Assembly (NCBI GenBank): GCA_963840035.1
Contig: CAWIXE010000002.1
Location: 256,001 to 320,000 of the forward strand
Reading direction: 5' to 3'
Length of the DNA stretch: 64,000 nucleotides
DNA from: a candidate division FCPU426 bacterium
Lineage (GTDB): Bacteria > Oederibacteriota > PGYV01 > Palsa-1178
Of the stretch, positions 9,048-18,970 are shown in pieces. Under the pieces are notes generated by a model. It was not told the origin of the DNA and did no database searches. It worked only from the letters and a program-made list of their open reading frames with translations. The translations under genes and the position numbers were made by a program. Position 1 is the stretch's first letter. Each line of letters begins with the position of its first letter.

Positions 9048-9964
9048 TGAGCATGCTTCAGGGCGCGGCTTCGCTTTTATTCATGCTGCTGGCGGCGCCG
9101 CTCATAGCGGGGCTGGTGAACAAGCAGAAAGCCTGGTTTACCGGCCGCGTGGGAGCGTCCGTATGGCAGCCATATTTTGAGCTATACAGGATATTCCGCA
9201 AGGAAACCATCAGGGCAAGGTCGGCTTCATTCATAAGCGGGCTCTCGCCCGTTGTAAACCTCGCCGCTGTCATTGTCGCCGCGGCCATGCTGCCCGTTTG
9301 CAATGCCCAGCCGCTAATCAGCTTCAAGGGCGACATCATACTTTTCGCGTACATACTCGGCACAGCCAGGTTCTTCCAGATACTCGCGGCCATGGACATA
9401 GGAAGTTCCTTTGAGGGCATGGGCGCTTCAAGGGAAGCCTCTTTCGCGGTCTTTGTGGAGCCCATATTTTTCTTCACGCTCGGCTCGATAGCTTTCATCA
9501 CGGGCTTCACCTCGTTAAACGACATATACCGCTCCATCGAGCTGGATAAGGCGTCATTCATCATCTTTATCGTGGTCTGTTCCATATCGTTTTTCATACT
9601 CGCGGTCACGGAGTGCTCGCGCATGCCGGTGGATGACCCGAACACGCACCTGGAACTTACCATGATACACGAGGTCATGATACTCGATAACTCGGGGATA
9701 GACCTTTTCCTGTACCAGTATTCGGGCTACATAAAACTGCTCATTTACATGGTGCTGGAGACGGCGTTTTACAACCCGCTGGGAGCCGGGCTCACCGCCG
9801 CCGGCATCAGCATATTCGCGGCGAACCTGCTGGCATTCACCACGGTGCTGGCCGTCGTGGAGACCCTGACAAGCCGCTTCAAGCTAAAGGACATACCGCA
9901 TTACCTGCTTTTTGCGGCAGCCATAGGAATATTAAATCTGCTTATATTTACATTTCATAAGTGA
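9038..9964 (+). CDS. hyfC: HyfC/HycD (NuoH-like) membrane subunit
   Basis: GSSFEGMGASRE, RMPVDDPNTHLELTMIHE. Confidence 0.9.
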   Translation: MALMSMLQGAASLLFMLLAAPLIAGLVNKQKAWFTGRVGASVWQPYFELYRIFRKETIRARSASFISGLSPVVNLAAVIVAAAMLPVCNAQPLISFKGDIILFAYILGTARFFQILAAMDIGSSFEGMGASREASFAVFVEPIFFFTLGSIAFITGFTSLNDIYRSIELDKASFIIFIVVCSISFFILAVTECSRMPVDDPNTHLELTMIHEVMILDNSGIDLFLYQYSGYIKLLIYMVLETAFYNPLGAGLTAAGISIFAANLLAFTTVLAVVETLTSRFKLKDIPHYLLFAAAIGILNLLIFTFHK

Positions 9965-9974
9965 GGCGTTAATA

Positions 9975-10607
9975 ATGGAAAATGTGCTGAGTATCCTGTT
10001 TTGCCTGTCTTTGCTTTACCTGGCTTTGACGGCCAGGGTCAAAGACTGCGTGAATGTGCTCCAGGTGCAGGGGATAATACTCGCAATCATAACCTCACTG
10101 CCGCTTTTCCAGCATTTTAACCCGGCGGAACTCATACTGCCGTCGGCTTTGCTCGTGGTAAAGGGCATACTCGTGCCCACATATATAAGGAAGATAATAA
10201 CCGACCTGGACATCAAGGACCCCATAGAGCCGACCATACAGCAGTTTACCTTTATTATGCTGGTCATATCGCTTATGTCCGCGGTATTTGTGGCGGCGAG
10301 CATCCTCTCTAAGAGCACGGACATAAACATCATACCTTTTGCCGGAGGCTTCTCCGCCATAATCACGGGCATACTTGTCATAATCTTCAGGAGGAAACTG
10401 CTTGTGCATGTCATGGGGTTTCTGACGCTGGAAAACGGCATATTCCTTTTCGGCTCGTCGATTGCTTTCAAGCTGCCGGTCATAGTGGAGCTGGGCATGC
10501 TGCTTGATATCTTTGTCGTGGTATTCTTAATGGGCATAGCTTTGAACAGGATATCGACGACCCTGTCGGGTTTTGAAGCGGCCGCGCTCAGGAGGCTAAA
10601 AGACTGA
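9975..10607 (+). CDS. hyfE: HyfE-like membrane subunit
   Basis: Hydrophobic; GFLTLENGIF, VELGMLLD; position in operon. Confidence 0.85.
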   Translation: MENVLSILFCLSLLYLALTARVKDCVNVLQVQGIILAIITSLPLFQHFNPAELILPSALLVVKGILVPTYIRKIITDLDIKDPIEPTIQQFTFIMLVISLMSAVFVAASILSKSTDINIIPFAGGFSAIITGILVIIFRRKLLVHVMGFLTLENGIFLFGSSIAFKLPVIVELGMLLDIFVVVFLMGIALNRISTTLSGFEAAALRRLKD

Positions 10608-12052
10608 TGGTTATCATACTCGCTTTAACGGGATTCATACTGCTGACATCGGCGGCGTGCTGGTTTGTTAAAAGCATTAAAGCCCAGTACTTCATGACCC
10701 TGGCCGCGGCCGCGGCGCATTTGATATTTTCTTTCACCCTCTTCGCGGGAATATACTCGCCGCAGCAGCATTTTTTAAGCACGGACGCCTTAAGCAGGCT
10801 TTTCCTCATGGTGGTCTCAAACGTCTACTTCTGGGTGGTGCTGGTGTCATATCAGTACTTAAAGCAGTCCACGGCGAAGGGGACCGGAAAGAAATATTAT
10901 TTCGTATTCCTGAATTTATACCTGCTGGCCAACAGCGCGGCCATACTCAGCAATAATTTCGCCATGTACTGGGTGGTCTCCGAGGCCACAACGCTCTCCG
11001 TGGCGCCGCTTATATACTACCTGCGCAATGAAGAGGCGCTGGAAGCCATGTGGAAATACCTGTTCCTGGTATCGGTCGGCATCGCCGCGGTTTTCATAGG
11101 CATCCTCTTTGTGGCCATGTCGGCCAACGGCACGCCGCTGGAAGGAAAGCAGCTTATATTCTCCGACTTCATAAAGAACGCGGCGCTGCTCAACCCGGTG
11201 TGGCTCAAAGCCGGATTCATATTTATTTTTGTGGGCATGTCGACCAAGATAGGCATCGCGCCCATGCACTCGGCAGATGTCGACGCCACAAGCACTTCGC
11301 CGGGGCCCATAGCCGCGCTCATGTCAGGGTCATTGCGTGTGACCGCGCTTGTGGGCCTGATGAGGATATTTCAGATAGTCAGGTGGACATCCGTTTATGA
11401 GTTCGCGCGGTTCATCATGATAATAGGCGGGCTGCTCTCCATATTCACCGCCTTTGTCTTCATATTCAGGGTGAAAAATTATAAAAGGCTTTTTGCCTAT
11501 TCCAGCGTGGAGCACCTGGGGCTCATCGTGCTCGGCGTGGCCACGGGAGGCCTGGCATTTGCGGGCGCCATGTACCACATCATTTACAATTCACTCAACA
11601 AGGTTGTCATATTCCTGTGCGCGGGCTCCATAAACCAGAAATACTCCACGACCGACTCTGAAAACGTAAGTTCTCTGCTTGAGAATATGCCCTGGACCGG
11701 CTGGATATTCATGTTCTCGTTTTTGGCCATATCCGCGGTCCCGCCTTTCGGGATATTTTTCAGCGAACTTAAGATATTTGAAGGCATGTTATTTTCAGAC
11801 AGGCCATGGGTGCTTTTTACGGTGCTCTTCCTCATGCTCTTTATTTTCATAAACATGGGACATCTGGTATTGCAGATGCTTTATAAAAAGGACGAGAATT
11901 CAAAAGTGGAGAAAGAGCCGGAAAAGCTGAACATAACCCACGCGGCCTCACTGATACTGCTGATAATGCTCATAGCGCTGGCATTATTCACCCCGGAAGC
12001 TGTGAAGTCTTCCGTGATGGAGATAGCCAGGGATTTTGGGGCCGCGTCATGA
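10607..12052 (+). CDS. hyfF: HyfF-like antiporter-type membrane subunit
   Basis: EALEAMWKY, TKIGIAPMH, KRLFAYSSVEH, PPFGIFFSE. Confidence 0.9.
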   Translation: MVIILALTGFILLTSAACWFVKSIKAQYFMTLAAAAAHLIFSFTLFAGIYSPQQHFLSTDALSRLFLMVVSNVYFWVVLVSYQYLKQSTAKGTGKKYYFVFLNLYLLANSAAILSNNFAMYWVVSEATTLSVAPLIYYLRNEEALEAMWKYLFLVSVGIAAVFIGILFVAMSANGTPLEGKQLIFSDFIKNAALLNPVWLKAGFIFIFVGMSTKIGIAPMHSADVDATSTSPGPIAALMSGSLRVTALVGLMRIFQIVRWTSVYEFARFIMIIGGLLSIFTAFVFIFRVKNYKRLFAYSSVEHLGLIVLGVATGGLAFAGAMYHIIYNSLNKVVIFLCAGSINQKYSTTDSENVSSLLENMPWTGWIFMFSFLAISAVPPFGIFFSELKIFEGMLFSDRPWVLFTVLFLMLFIFINMGHLVLQMLYKKDENSKVEKEPEKLNITHAASLILLIMLIALALFTPEAVKSSVMEIARDFGAAS

Positions 12053-13527
12053 CCATGCATAAAACAGCCAATGGGCAGGCGTTCCTGCTTGGGGATGTGC
12101 CGGTTTTAAATAAAGGGGAATTTTTCGCGTCCATACGCGCGGGGCTGAAAAAATCCATGAGAATCATCGCGCTTTTCCCGCAAAACAGCGCTGATAAAAA
12201 CAGGCTCATGTGCGTGCTCTCGGACCACGCAACATCTTCGTTAAATGTCCTCTCCTGCAACTTTGACGGGGAAAAACCATCGTTTGAGAGCATGGCAGGG
12301 GATTTTCCGCAGACCGCCGGGGTCGAGTGCGAACTTGCGGAAGAGCACGGATATGAAATACTGAATCAGCCGTGGCCACGTCCGGTCAGGAAGCAGGGCG
12401 TGCTGCCCGGCGGCAAACCGTATGAGCTTTATAAGCTCGCGGGCGAAGAAGTGCACGAAGTGGCGGTGGGGCCCATACACGCGGGCGTGATAGAGCCCGG
12501 GCATTTCAGGTTCCAGTGCCACGGCGAATATGTATTTAACCTTGAGATAAACCTGGGCTACCAGCGCAGGGGCGTCGAAGAAATGATCATAAGATCCGGC
12601 CTAAATAAGGGGATTATCCTTTCAGAGTCAGCGGCTGGCGATACGGTTATGGGCCACGCTCTGGCGCATGTGAGGGCCATGGAAAGTTTGTCGGGCGCGA
12701 ACGTTTCATTAAGGGCGCAGGTAATAAGGGCCATGGCCGAGGAACTCGAGCGCGTTGCCATGCATCTGTCGGGGTTGGGCGGCGTGGCCAATGACGTGGG
12801 TTTCTCCATGGTCGCCTCGTCATACGGCAGGATAAGGACCCTGATGATAAATTCGCTTGCCGCGCTTTCCGGTTCGAGGTTCGGAAGGGGGCTGCTGGCG
12901 TACGGCGGCGTGAATTACGACCTCAATGAGGAAGCCGCCAATTACATATTAAGGAACATAGAAACGGTCAGCAGGGATGTCATGGCCATAAATAAATGCC
13001 TCTTCTCCTCGTCGGGAGCCATGCTGAGGTTTGAAAAAACCGGCATTGTGGCTAAAAAACAGGCCAGGGAACTTGCCTTCACAGGGACCACGGCAAGGTC
13101 CTGCGGCATAGAAATGGACACAAGGTCTGACTTCCCGTACGGCGCTTACAAATATTTTCCCATAACGCCGATGACCATGGCTGAAGGCGATGTCTTTGCC
13201 AGGGCAAAGCTCCGGGCCATGGAAATAGAGGAATCATTAAGGTTCATCTTTGAACAATTAGAGAACCTGCCCGCGGGCGAATTGGCGGCGGAATACGGGA
13301 AGCCTGCCGCAAACAGCGCGGTAATATCGCTCACAGAAGGCTGGAGAGGCGAGATAGCGCACATCGCCGTGACGGACGCGAAAGGCAAGCTCGCGGCGTA
13401 TAAGATAAAGGACCCGTCATTTAACAACTGGTACGCATTAAGCCTGGCGGTCAGGAACGCGGCAATCTCGGATTTCCCGCTGTGCAACAAAAGCTTTGAC
13501 CTGTCATACGCGGGCCACGATTTGTAG
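12049..13527 (+). CDS. ehrL: Ehr large subunit (HyfG/HycE, NuoC-D-like) lacking the NiFe-binding Cys motifs
   Basis: VAVGPIHAGVIEPGHFRF, EGWRGE, KDPSFNNW; L1 site reads ESAAGD and the C-terminus DFPLCNKSFDLSYAGHDL instead of CxxC motifs. Confidence 0.88.
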   Translation: MTMHKTANGQAFLLGDVPVLNKGEFFASIRAGLKKSMRIIALFPQNSADKNRLMCVLSDHATSSLNVLSCNFDGEKPSFESMAGDFPQTAGVECELAEEHGYEILNQPWPRPVRKQGVLPGGKPYELYKLAGEEVHEVAVGPIHAGVIEPGHFRFQCHGEYVFNLEINLGYQRRGVEEMIIRSGLNKGIILSESAAGDTVMGHALAHVRAMESLSGANVSLRAQVIRAMAEELERVAMHLSGLGGVANDVGFSMVASSYGRIRTLMINSLAALSGSRFGRGLLAYGGVNYDLNEEAANYILRNIETVSRDVMAINKCLFSSSGAMLRFEKTGIVAKKQARELAFTGTTARSCGIEMDTRSDFPYGAYKYFPITPMTMAEGDVFARAKLRAMEIEESLRFIFEQLENLPAGELAAEYGKPAANSAVISLTEGWRGEIAHIAVTDAKGKLAAYKIKDPSFNNWYALSLAVRNAAISDFPLCNKSFDLSYAGHDL

Positions 13528-13641
13528 TCCGGCGAAGGGTTACTGCTATTTTGATATTGATTTTTGTAGAGAGTGAGTTTGCTCCCTCTCGCATTTGAAC
13601 TTCGCTATTAACGGACACGGAAGTACGAAAAACGGAGGAAC

Positions 13642-14399
13642 ATGACATTTTTAGAGGCAATTAAACTCAGGATACTACAGGGAGACCCGATAGTGCACGA
13701 CGTGAAAAACGCCGCGCTGCCGCCGCGTTTCCGCGCATGCCCTGTTATCTCTGAGGCAGCCTGTGAAAAAGGCTGCGGTAAATGCGCCCAGGTGTGCCCG
13801 GTAGGGGCTATCACGCTGGATCCGCTTAGAATTGACCTGGGCAAATGCGTTTTCTGTCCGGCTTGCGAATTGGCCTGTCCGCAAAAATCCATAACCTTCA
13901 GCAAAAATTACCGCATCGCGGCGTCAAAAAGGGAAGACCTTATAATAAGCTCCGCTGCCAGGGCAATCACCCCTGAAAAGGCATCCAAAAAGATAAAGGA
14001 CTACTTCGGCCGCTCGCTGAAATTAAGGCAGGTTTCAGCCGGAGGCTGCAACGGGTGCGAACTCGAGCTTAACGCGCTCAATAATGTCAATTTTGACATG
14101 GGAAGGTACGGCATTGAATTCACCGCTTCCCCCAGGCACGCTGACGGGATTGTGATAACAGGCCCTGTAACAAAGAACATGGAAAAAGCGCTGAGGATCT
14201 GCTTCGAGGCTGTCCCGAACCCGAAAGTGGTTGTCTTAACCGGAAGCTGCGCCATATCAGGCGGAATATTTCAGGAGTCAAAGGAAATAGACAGGAAATT
14301 CCTGGAAGAAACAAACATAGACCTCTTCATCCCGGGCTGCCCCCGCATCCGCTGACGTTTATCAGCGGCATGCTTGATTATTTTGACAGAAAAGCATGA
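13642..14399 (+). CDS. ehrS: Ehr small subunit: 2x[4Fe-4S] ferredoxin fused to a NuoB/HyfI domain; apparent 1-bp deletion near the 3' end
   Basis: CEKGCGKCAQVCP, CVFCPACELACP, GGCNGCELE, SPRHADG, GSCA. The ORF stops at 14355, but one extra C in the C-run at 14340-14344 gives PGCPPHPLTFISGMLDYFDRKA* (TGA 14397-14399). Confidence 0.85.
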
Positions 14400-14476
14400 C
14401 CCCGGCCGGCGGACCCGGCGTTCTGGATTTTTTTCCGATACTGTCATTAATTGTGTGTAAATTGATTTGTTCTTTT

Positions 14477-14568
14477 TTCCCTCTCCCATTTGGGAGAGGG
14501 TAGGGTGAGGGGAATAAGACAATTGGTTTCACCTCACCCCAGCCCCTCTCCTAAGAGGAGAGGGGAGA
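14477..14568. repeat. Palindromic intergenic element between the two Ehr operons
   Basis: Hairpins CCCTCTCCCA-TT-TGGGAGAGGG and CCCCTCTCCT-AAG-AGGAGAGGGG, linked by complementary GGGTGAGG/CCTCACCC. Confidence 0.75.
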
Positions 14569-14654
14569 AAGCCGTTTATAATGAAAACAAAGATGTTTAA
14601 CGGCCAAAATGAATTTGCACACTATTATATACATTATCTTTTTTTCCGCTGATA

Positions 14655-14686
14655 TTGACAAAATAACATTGATGTTATATTATAAT
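14655..14686 (+). promoter_or_regulatory. Sigma70-type promoter of Ehr operon 2 with a palindromic operator in the spacer
   Basis: TTGACA(14655); TATTAT at 17 bp or TATAAT at 20 bp; ATAACAT-TG-ATGTTAT at 14663-14678. Confidence 0.7.
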
Positions 14687-14750
14687 CCACATGCACGAGC
14701 GGTTTTTTTGCCGCCTACAAATATCTGACAAAAAAGGCTGACTAAAATTC

Positions 14751-15431
14751 ATGGAACTCAAAATGAAAGATGTAATGGATATTTTTGAACTGCCCGAAAA
14801 AGAAATCGTAAGGTTCATAAAATCCAAAGCCCTGCCTGTACACACGATTAACCACCAGGACCTGTTCAATAAGGAAGAGGTGAAGGTGTGGGCGATAAAA
14901 AACAACATACCCCTGTCTGAAAAAATCCTTTCTTTAGCCGGTTCCGATATTCCGGTAAGCCTGTCCGGCCTTATCAACAGAGGCGGAATCATTTACAATA
15001 TCCCGGGGAATAATACTGTGGAATTGTTAACCGGCGCCGTGAACCGGATGAAGCTTCCTTCTGAGGTAAATAAGACCGATGTACTGGCGTCCCTTATAGA
15101 ACGCGAAGAAATGATGCCCACAGGAGTGGGCCGGGGCATCGCGATACCGCACCCGCGTAACCCCATAATCGCGGATGTGGACCATGAATCCATAACTGTT
15201 TGCTCGCTGGCTTCGCCTGTGGATTACGGGTCTGTTGACGGAAAACCCGTGCATACCCTCTTTATAATACTCAGCGCCAATGCCAAGCGGCACCTGGAGA
15301 TACTCTCAAAACTCCTTTTTCTCTGCCAGCAGGCTGATTTTGTGAAAATGCTCTCAGTGGCCGCGCCCGTGGCGGCGGTCATGGATTATATCATCTCGGC
15401 AGAGGCTAAAATGCCGGTGCGCGGAAGATGA
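14751..15431 (+). CDS. ptsN: HTH-PTS EIIA (Ntr/fructose-type) fusion regulator, copy 2
   Basis: N-terminal HTH (ALPVHTI...FNKEEVKVW); REEMMPTGVGRGIAIPHPR; HLEILSKL. Confidence 0.85.
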   Translation: MELKMKDVMDIFELPEKEIVRFIKSKALPVHTINHQDLFNKEEVKVWAIKNNIPLSEKILSLAGSDIPVSLSGLINRGGIIYNIPGNNTVELLTGAVNRMKLPSEVNKTDVLASLIEREEMMPTGVGRGIAIPHPRNPIIADVDHESITVCSLASPVDYGSVDGKPVHTLFIILSANAKRHLEILSKLLFLCQQADFVKMLSVAAPVAAVMDYIISAEAKMPVRGR

Positions 15432-17415
15432 ACTTACTCTTCCTCGGGGTGATGGCCATCCTTGGGGGGGAGCACTGTCACTGGGGGTTTCTGAAAAACA
15501 TAAATCATCCGTTGTAATCCTGTGTACCGCGCTCGGGTCCGCCCTGACTGCGTTCTTCTCGCTTAAAATCCTTGTTACCGGCATTGCCCGGGAAAGCATA
15601 GTATCCTTCAGCGCGCCCATAGGCGCGGCGGTGTTTCGGGCCGACGCTTTATCGGCGTTTTTTATCCTCATGATATCGGTAATGGGATTTTTGACAACCG
15701 TATACGCGAAAGGGTACATGTCCGCTTACCTGGGTCAGGGGCGCGCTTTCGGGGCGCATTTCTTTTTCCTTCCCGTGCTTATTGTCTCCATGATGATGGT
15801 CGCCGTATCCTCGCATGTAATAATATTCCTAATCATGTGGGAGATCATGTCCTTATCATCCTTCTTTTTGATGACATTTGAGAATGAGAAAAAGGAAGTG
15901 CTGGATGCGGGTGTTTACTACATAACGGCCATGCACGTATGCGTGGCCTTTTTAACCGCCGGTTTTGCCGTGCTTTCCTCAATGTCGGGCAGTTTTGATT
16001 TTGCCTCCTTTAAAACCGCGCTCGCAGCCGCCCGGCCCGCGGCAGGCATGGGTATTTTCGCGGTTCTTTTTACCGGGTTTGCCATAAAGGCGGGGCTTAT
16101 GCCTTTTCATACCTGGCTGCCGCTCGCGCATCCGGCGGCGCCCAGTCACGTATCGGCATTGATGTCGGGTGTCATGATAAAACTCGGGATATACGGCATA
16201 CTCAGGCTTATCACGTTTTACGCGAAAATCGGTTCCGGGATATCCTTTGCCATACTGGCCCTGGGCCTTGTGACGGGGCTGCTCGGAATATATTTTGCCA
16301 TGGCCCAGCGGGACATAAAAAGGCTGCTGGCTTATTCATCGATTGAAAATATCGGAATCATGACGACCGGCATCGGACTCGGCCTTTTAGGGCTTAGCAC
16401 CGGGAATAATTACATGGCTTACTTCGGGTTCGCGGGCGCTTTGCTCCACGCGCTGAACCATTCCTTATTCAAGGAACTCCTGTTCTTCGGGGCGGGGAGC
16501 GTTTACATGAAGGCGCACACGCGCGACATGGAGCACCTGGGAGGGCTTTCAAAGAGCATGCCATATACAGCCGGGTTCTTTTTTGCCGGGGCCGTTGCCA
16601 TCTCCGCGCTGCCGCCTTTAAACGGGTTTGTAGGCGAACTCATGCTTTATCTTTCCATGTTCTCAGGCATATCGCTCCGGTTAATGCCGGTTGTCGTGTC
16701 AGGGGTTTTGTCCCTGGCAGGCCTGAGTTTTATCGGCGCCATGGCCGTGGTGGTTTTTACCAAGACATACAGCGTGGTTTTCTCAGGAAACCCGCGCAAT
16801 GACAGCATACGCGTAAAACCCGGGGAAAACATTTACATGGTTTTATCCATGGGGGCGGCGGTATTTTTCTGCGTCGTCATCGGGATATTCCCGCAGTATT
16901 TTTTCCGGCTTGCGGCAGCGCCCGCAGGGTATATTATGGCCGCGGCAACCGCGGCTGTCCCGGATATCGGGCCGTTCTTAAACACTTTACGCAGCCTCTC
17001 AGTGCTGTTCATATCGGCCATTATTGCCGTATTTGCCTTATACCTTATAAAAAAAGCCGCGCTAAAGGGCAAAACCGCATCGGGGGATACGTGGGGCTGC
17101 GGGTATCAGGCGCCTTCCCCCAGGATACAGTACACTGCTTCGTCATTTGCCTCGGTTTTTTTAATGCCCAAAGGGCCGCTGATTAAAATAGAAGAGGATA
17201 CCGCTCAGACCGAAGGGCTCTTCCCGAAAAAGGCCTCATACATATCAAAGGCCCGCGACATCATTGCGGCGATGACTGTCAAACCGGCGATTAAGGCCGT
17301 CAGCTTTGTCATGAGGGGATTTTCATGGATACAAAGCGGCAACACCCAGCAGTACATACTATACGGGCTTGTCTTTCTGATAATAGCCATAGTATGGGCA
17401 ATGGGGGCTGTGTGA
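15428..17415 (+). CDS. hyfB: HyfB/EhrA-like antiporter subunit, copy 2; frameshift in a G7 tract near the 5' end
   Basis: KAGLMPFHTWLPLAHP, LLAYSSIENIG, WGCGY. ATG 15428 overlaps the ptsN stop (ATGA) and joins the 15631 frame if the G-run at 15464-15470 had one more G. Confidence 0.85.
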
Positions 17416-18335
17416 TGGCCATTATAGCGAATGTTATTTTCATACTCATCATGCCGTTCCTTTTTATAGGCGTCATAAACCGCGTAAAGTCTTTCTGGGC
17501 GGGCAGGCAGGGGCCTTCCCTCGTCCAGCCGTTTTTTGATTTTTTCAGGCTTCTTAAAAAAGGCGCTGTCATAAGCAAAACAACCACGGCGCTTTTTTAC
17601 TGGGCACCTTTGTCCGCTTTCGCCGCCGTTCTCGCCGCGGCAGTCATCACACCCATGGCGGGAGGCATCCCCATCCTGGGTTTCCAGGGGGACATGATAG
17701 TATTCATATACCTGCTCGGTTTTTCCAAGTTCATCAATATCGCCTCGGCCATGGAAACAGGCTCCAGTTTTGAAGGCATGGGCGCGGCGCGCGAGGCTGC
17801 TTTTACATCGCTGGTTGAGCCCGCGTTTTTCATCATCATGGGGGCGGCAGCCGCGGCTTCGGGCGTGACGGATTTTTCCGGGGTAAAGGCCATGTTTGTG
17901 AGCCATGAGCCCGCGGGAGTGCTTGCGGCTTGTTTATGCGCCCTGGCGCTTTTCATAATCCTGCTTACGGAAGGTTCCCGCGTGCCTGTTGATGACCCGA
18001 ATACCCACCTGGAACTGACCATGATACATGAGGTGATGGTGCTGGATAACTCCGGGCCGGACCTCGCAGTCATTAACTATACCGCGGGCCTTAAAATGTT
18101 TGTAATCGCATCCGTGCTTGCGAGTTTTCTTGCGCCGGCAGGGCTTAACCCGGCCGTTGCCGGGCTGCTCTTCGCCGGGATAATATTCGCCTGCGCCGTT
18201 ATCGCCGGGTGCGTGGAGTCGCTGATGGCGCGCTTACGGATGTCGCATGTGCCGCAGTTTGTATTCTTCGCCATATCGATAGCGGTCGTGGCTTTTTCCA
18301 TCGTGCTGCTGAAAATCAACGGGGGTCTAAAATGA
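17415..18335 (+). CDS. hyfC: HyfC/HycD (NuoH-like) subunit, copy 2
   Basis: GSSFEGMGAARE, RVPVDDPNTHLELTMIHE; TGATG overlap start at 17415. Confidence 0.9.
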   Translation: MAIIANVIFILIMPFLFIGVINRVKSFWAGRQGPSLVQPFFDFFRLLKKGAVISKTTTALFYWAPLSAFAAVLAAAVITPMAGGIPILGFQGDMIVFIYLLGFSKFINIASAMETGSSFEGMGAAREAAFTSLVEPAFFIIMGAAAAASGVTDFSGVKAMFVSHEPAGVLAACLCALALFIILLTEGSRVPVDDPNTHLELTMIHEVMVLDNSGPDLAVINYTAGLKMFVIASVLASFLAPAGLNPAVAGLLFAGIIFACAVIAGCVESLMARLRMSHVPQFVFFAISIAVVAFSIVLLKINGGLK

Positions 18336-18967
18336 CGGAAGTGCTTATCGCCGTATTCGGCATGACCATGATATATGTTTCCTCCACATCGAGGCTGGAA
18401 GCTTATACGCGCGTGCTGGCGCTGCAGGGGCTGATTTTGTTCCTCATGGTCCTGCTTGACCATTCGGAGATGACGGCTTTTAACCTTGTTTTCCTCGGGG
18501 CTGAGACCCTGTTGTTCAAGGCCATAATAATCCCGGCATTCCTCATGTATACCGTGAGGAGGAATAACATACAGCGGGAAATACAGCCATACATGCCCAG
18601 TTTTTATTCCGTGCTCATCACAACCGTGATATTCGCCTTTGGCTTCATCATAGCTTACTGGGCCGTCTCATACGCCGCGAATGTGCGGCCGCTTTATTTC
18701 GGCGTGTCCATAGCCACCATGATAACGGGGCTGTTTATCATCATAAGCCGCAAGAAGATAATAACGCACGTGATGGGTTATATAATGATGGAAAACGGCA
18801 TATTCATGCTTGCCATGTCCGTGGTAAGCGAGATGCCCATGATAGTGAACCTGGGCGTGCTCCTGGACCTTTTCGCGGCCATATACCTGCTGGGCCTTTT
18901 TGTAACGAAAATAAACTCCACCTTCGACGAACTGCACATTGATTCGTTGAGCAACCTCCGGGATTAG
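18332..18967 (+). CDS. hyfE: HyfE-like subunit, copy 2
   Basis: LALQG, GYIMMENGIF, NLGVLLD; ATGA overlap start at 18332. Confidence 0.85.
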   Translation: MTEVLIAVFGMTMIYVSSTSRLEAYTRVLALQGLILFLMVLLDHSEMTAFNLVFLGAETLLFKAIIIPAFLMYTVRRNNIQREIQPYMPSFYSVLITTVIFAFGFIIAYWAVSYAANVRPLYFGVSIATMITGLFIIISRKKIITHVMGYIMMENGIFMLAMSVVSEMPMIVNLGVLLDLFAAIYLLGLFVTKINSTFDELHIDSLSNLRD

Positions 18968-18970
18968 GCC

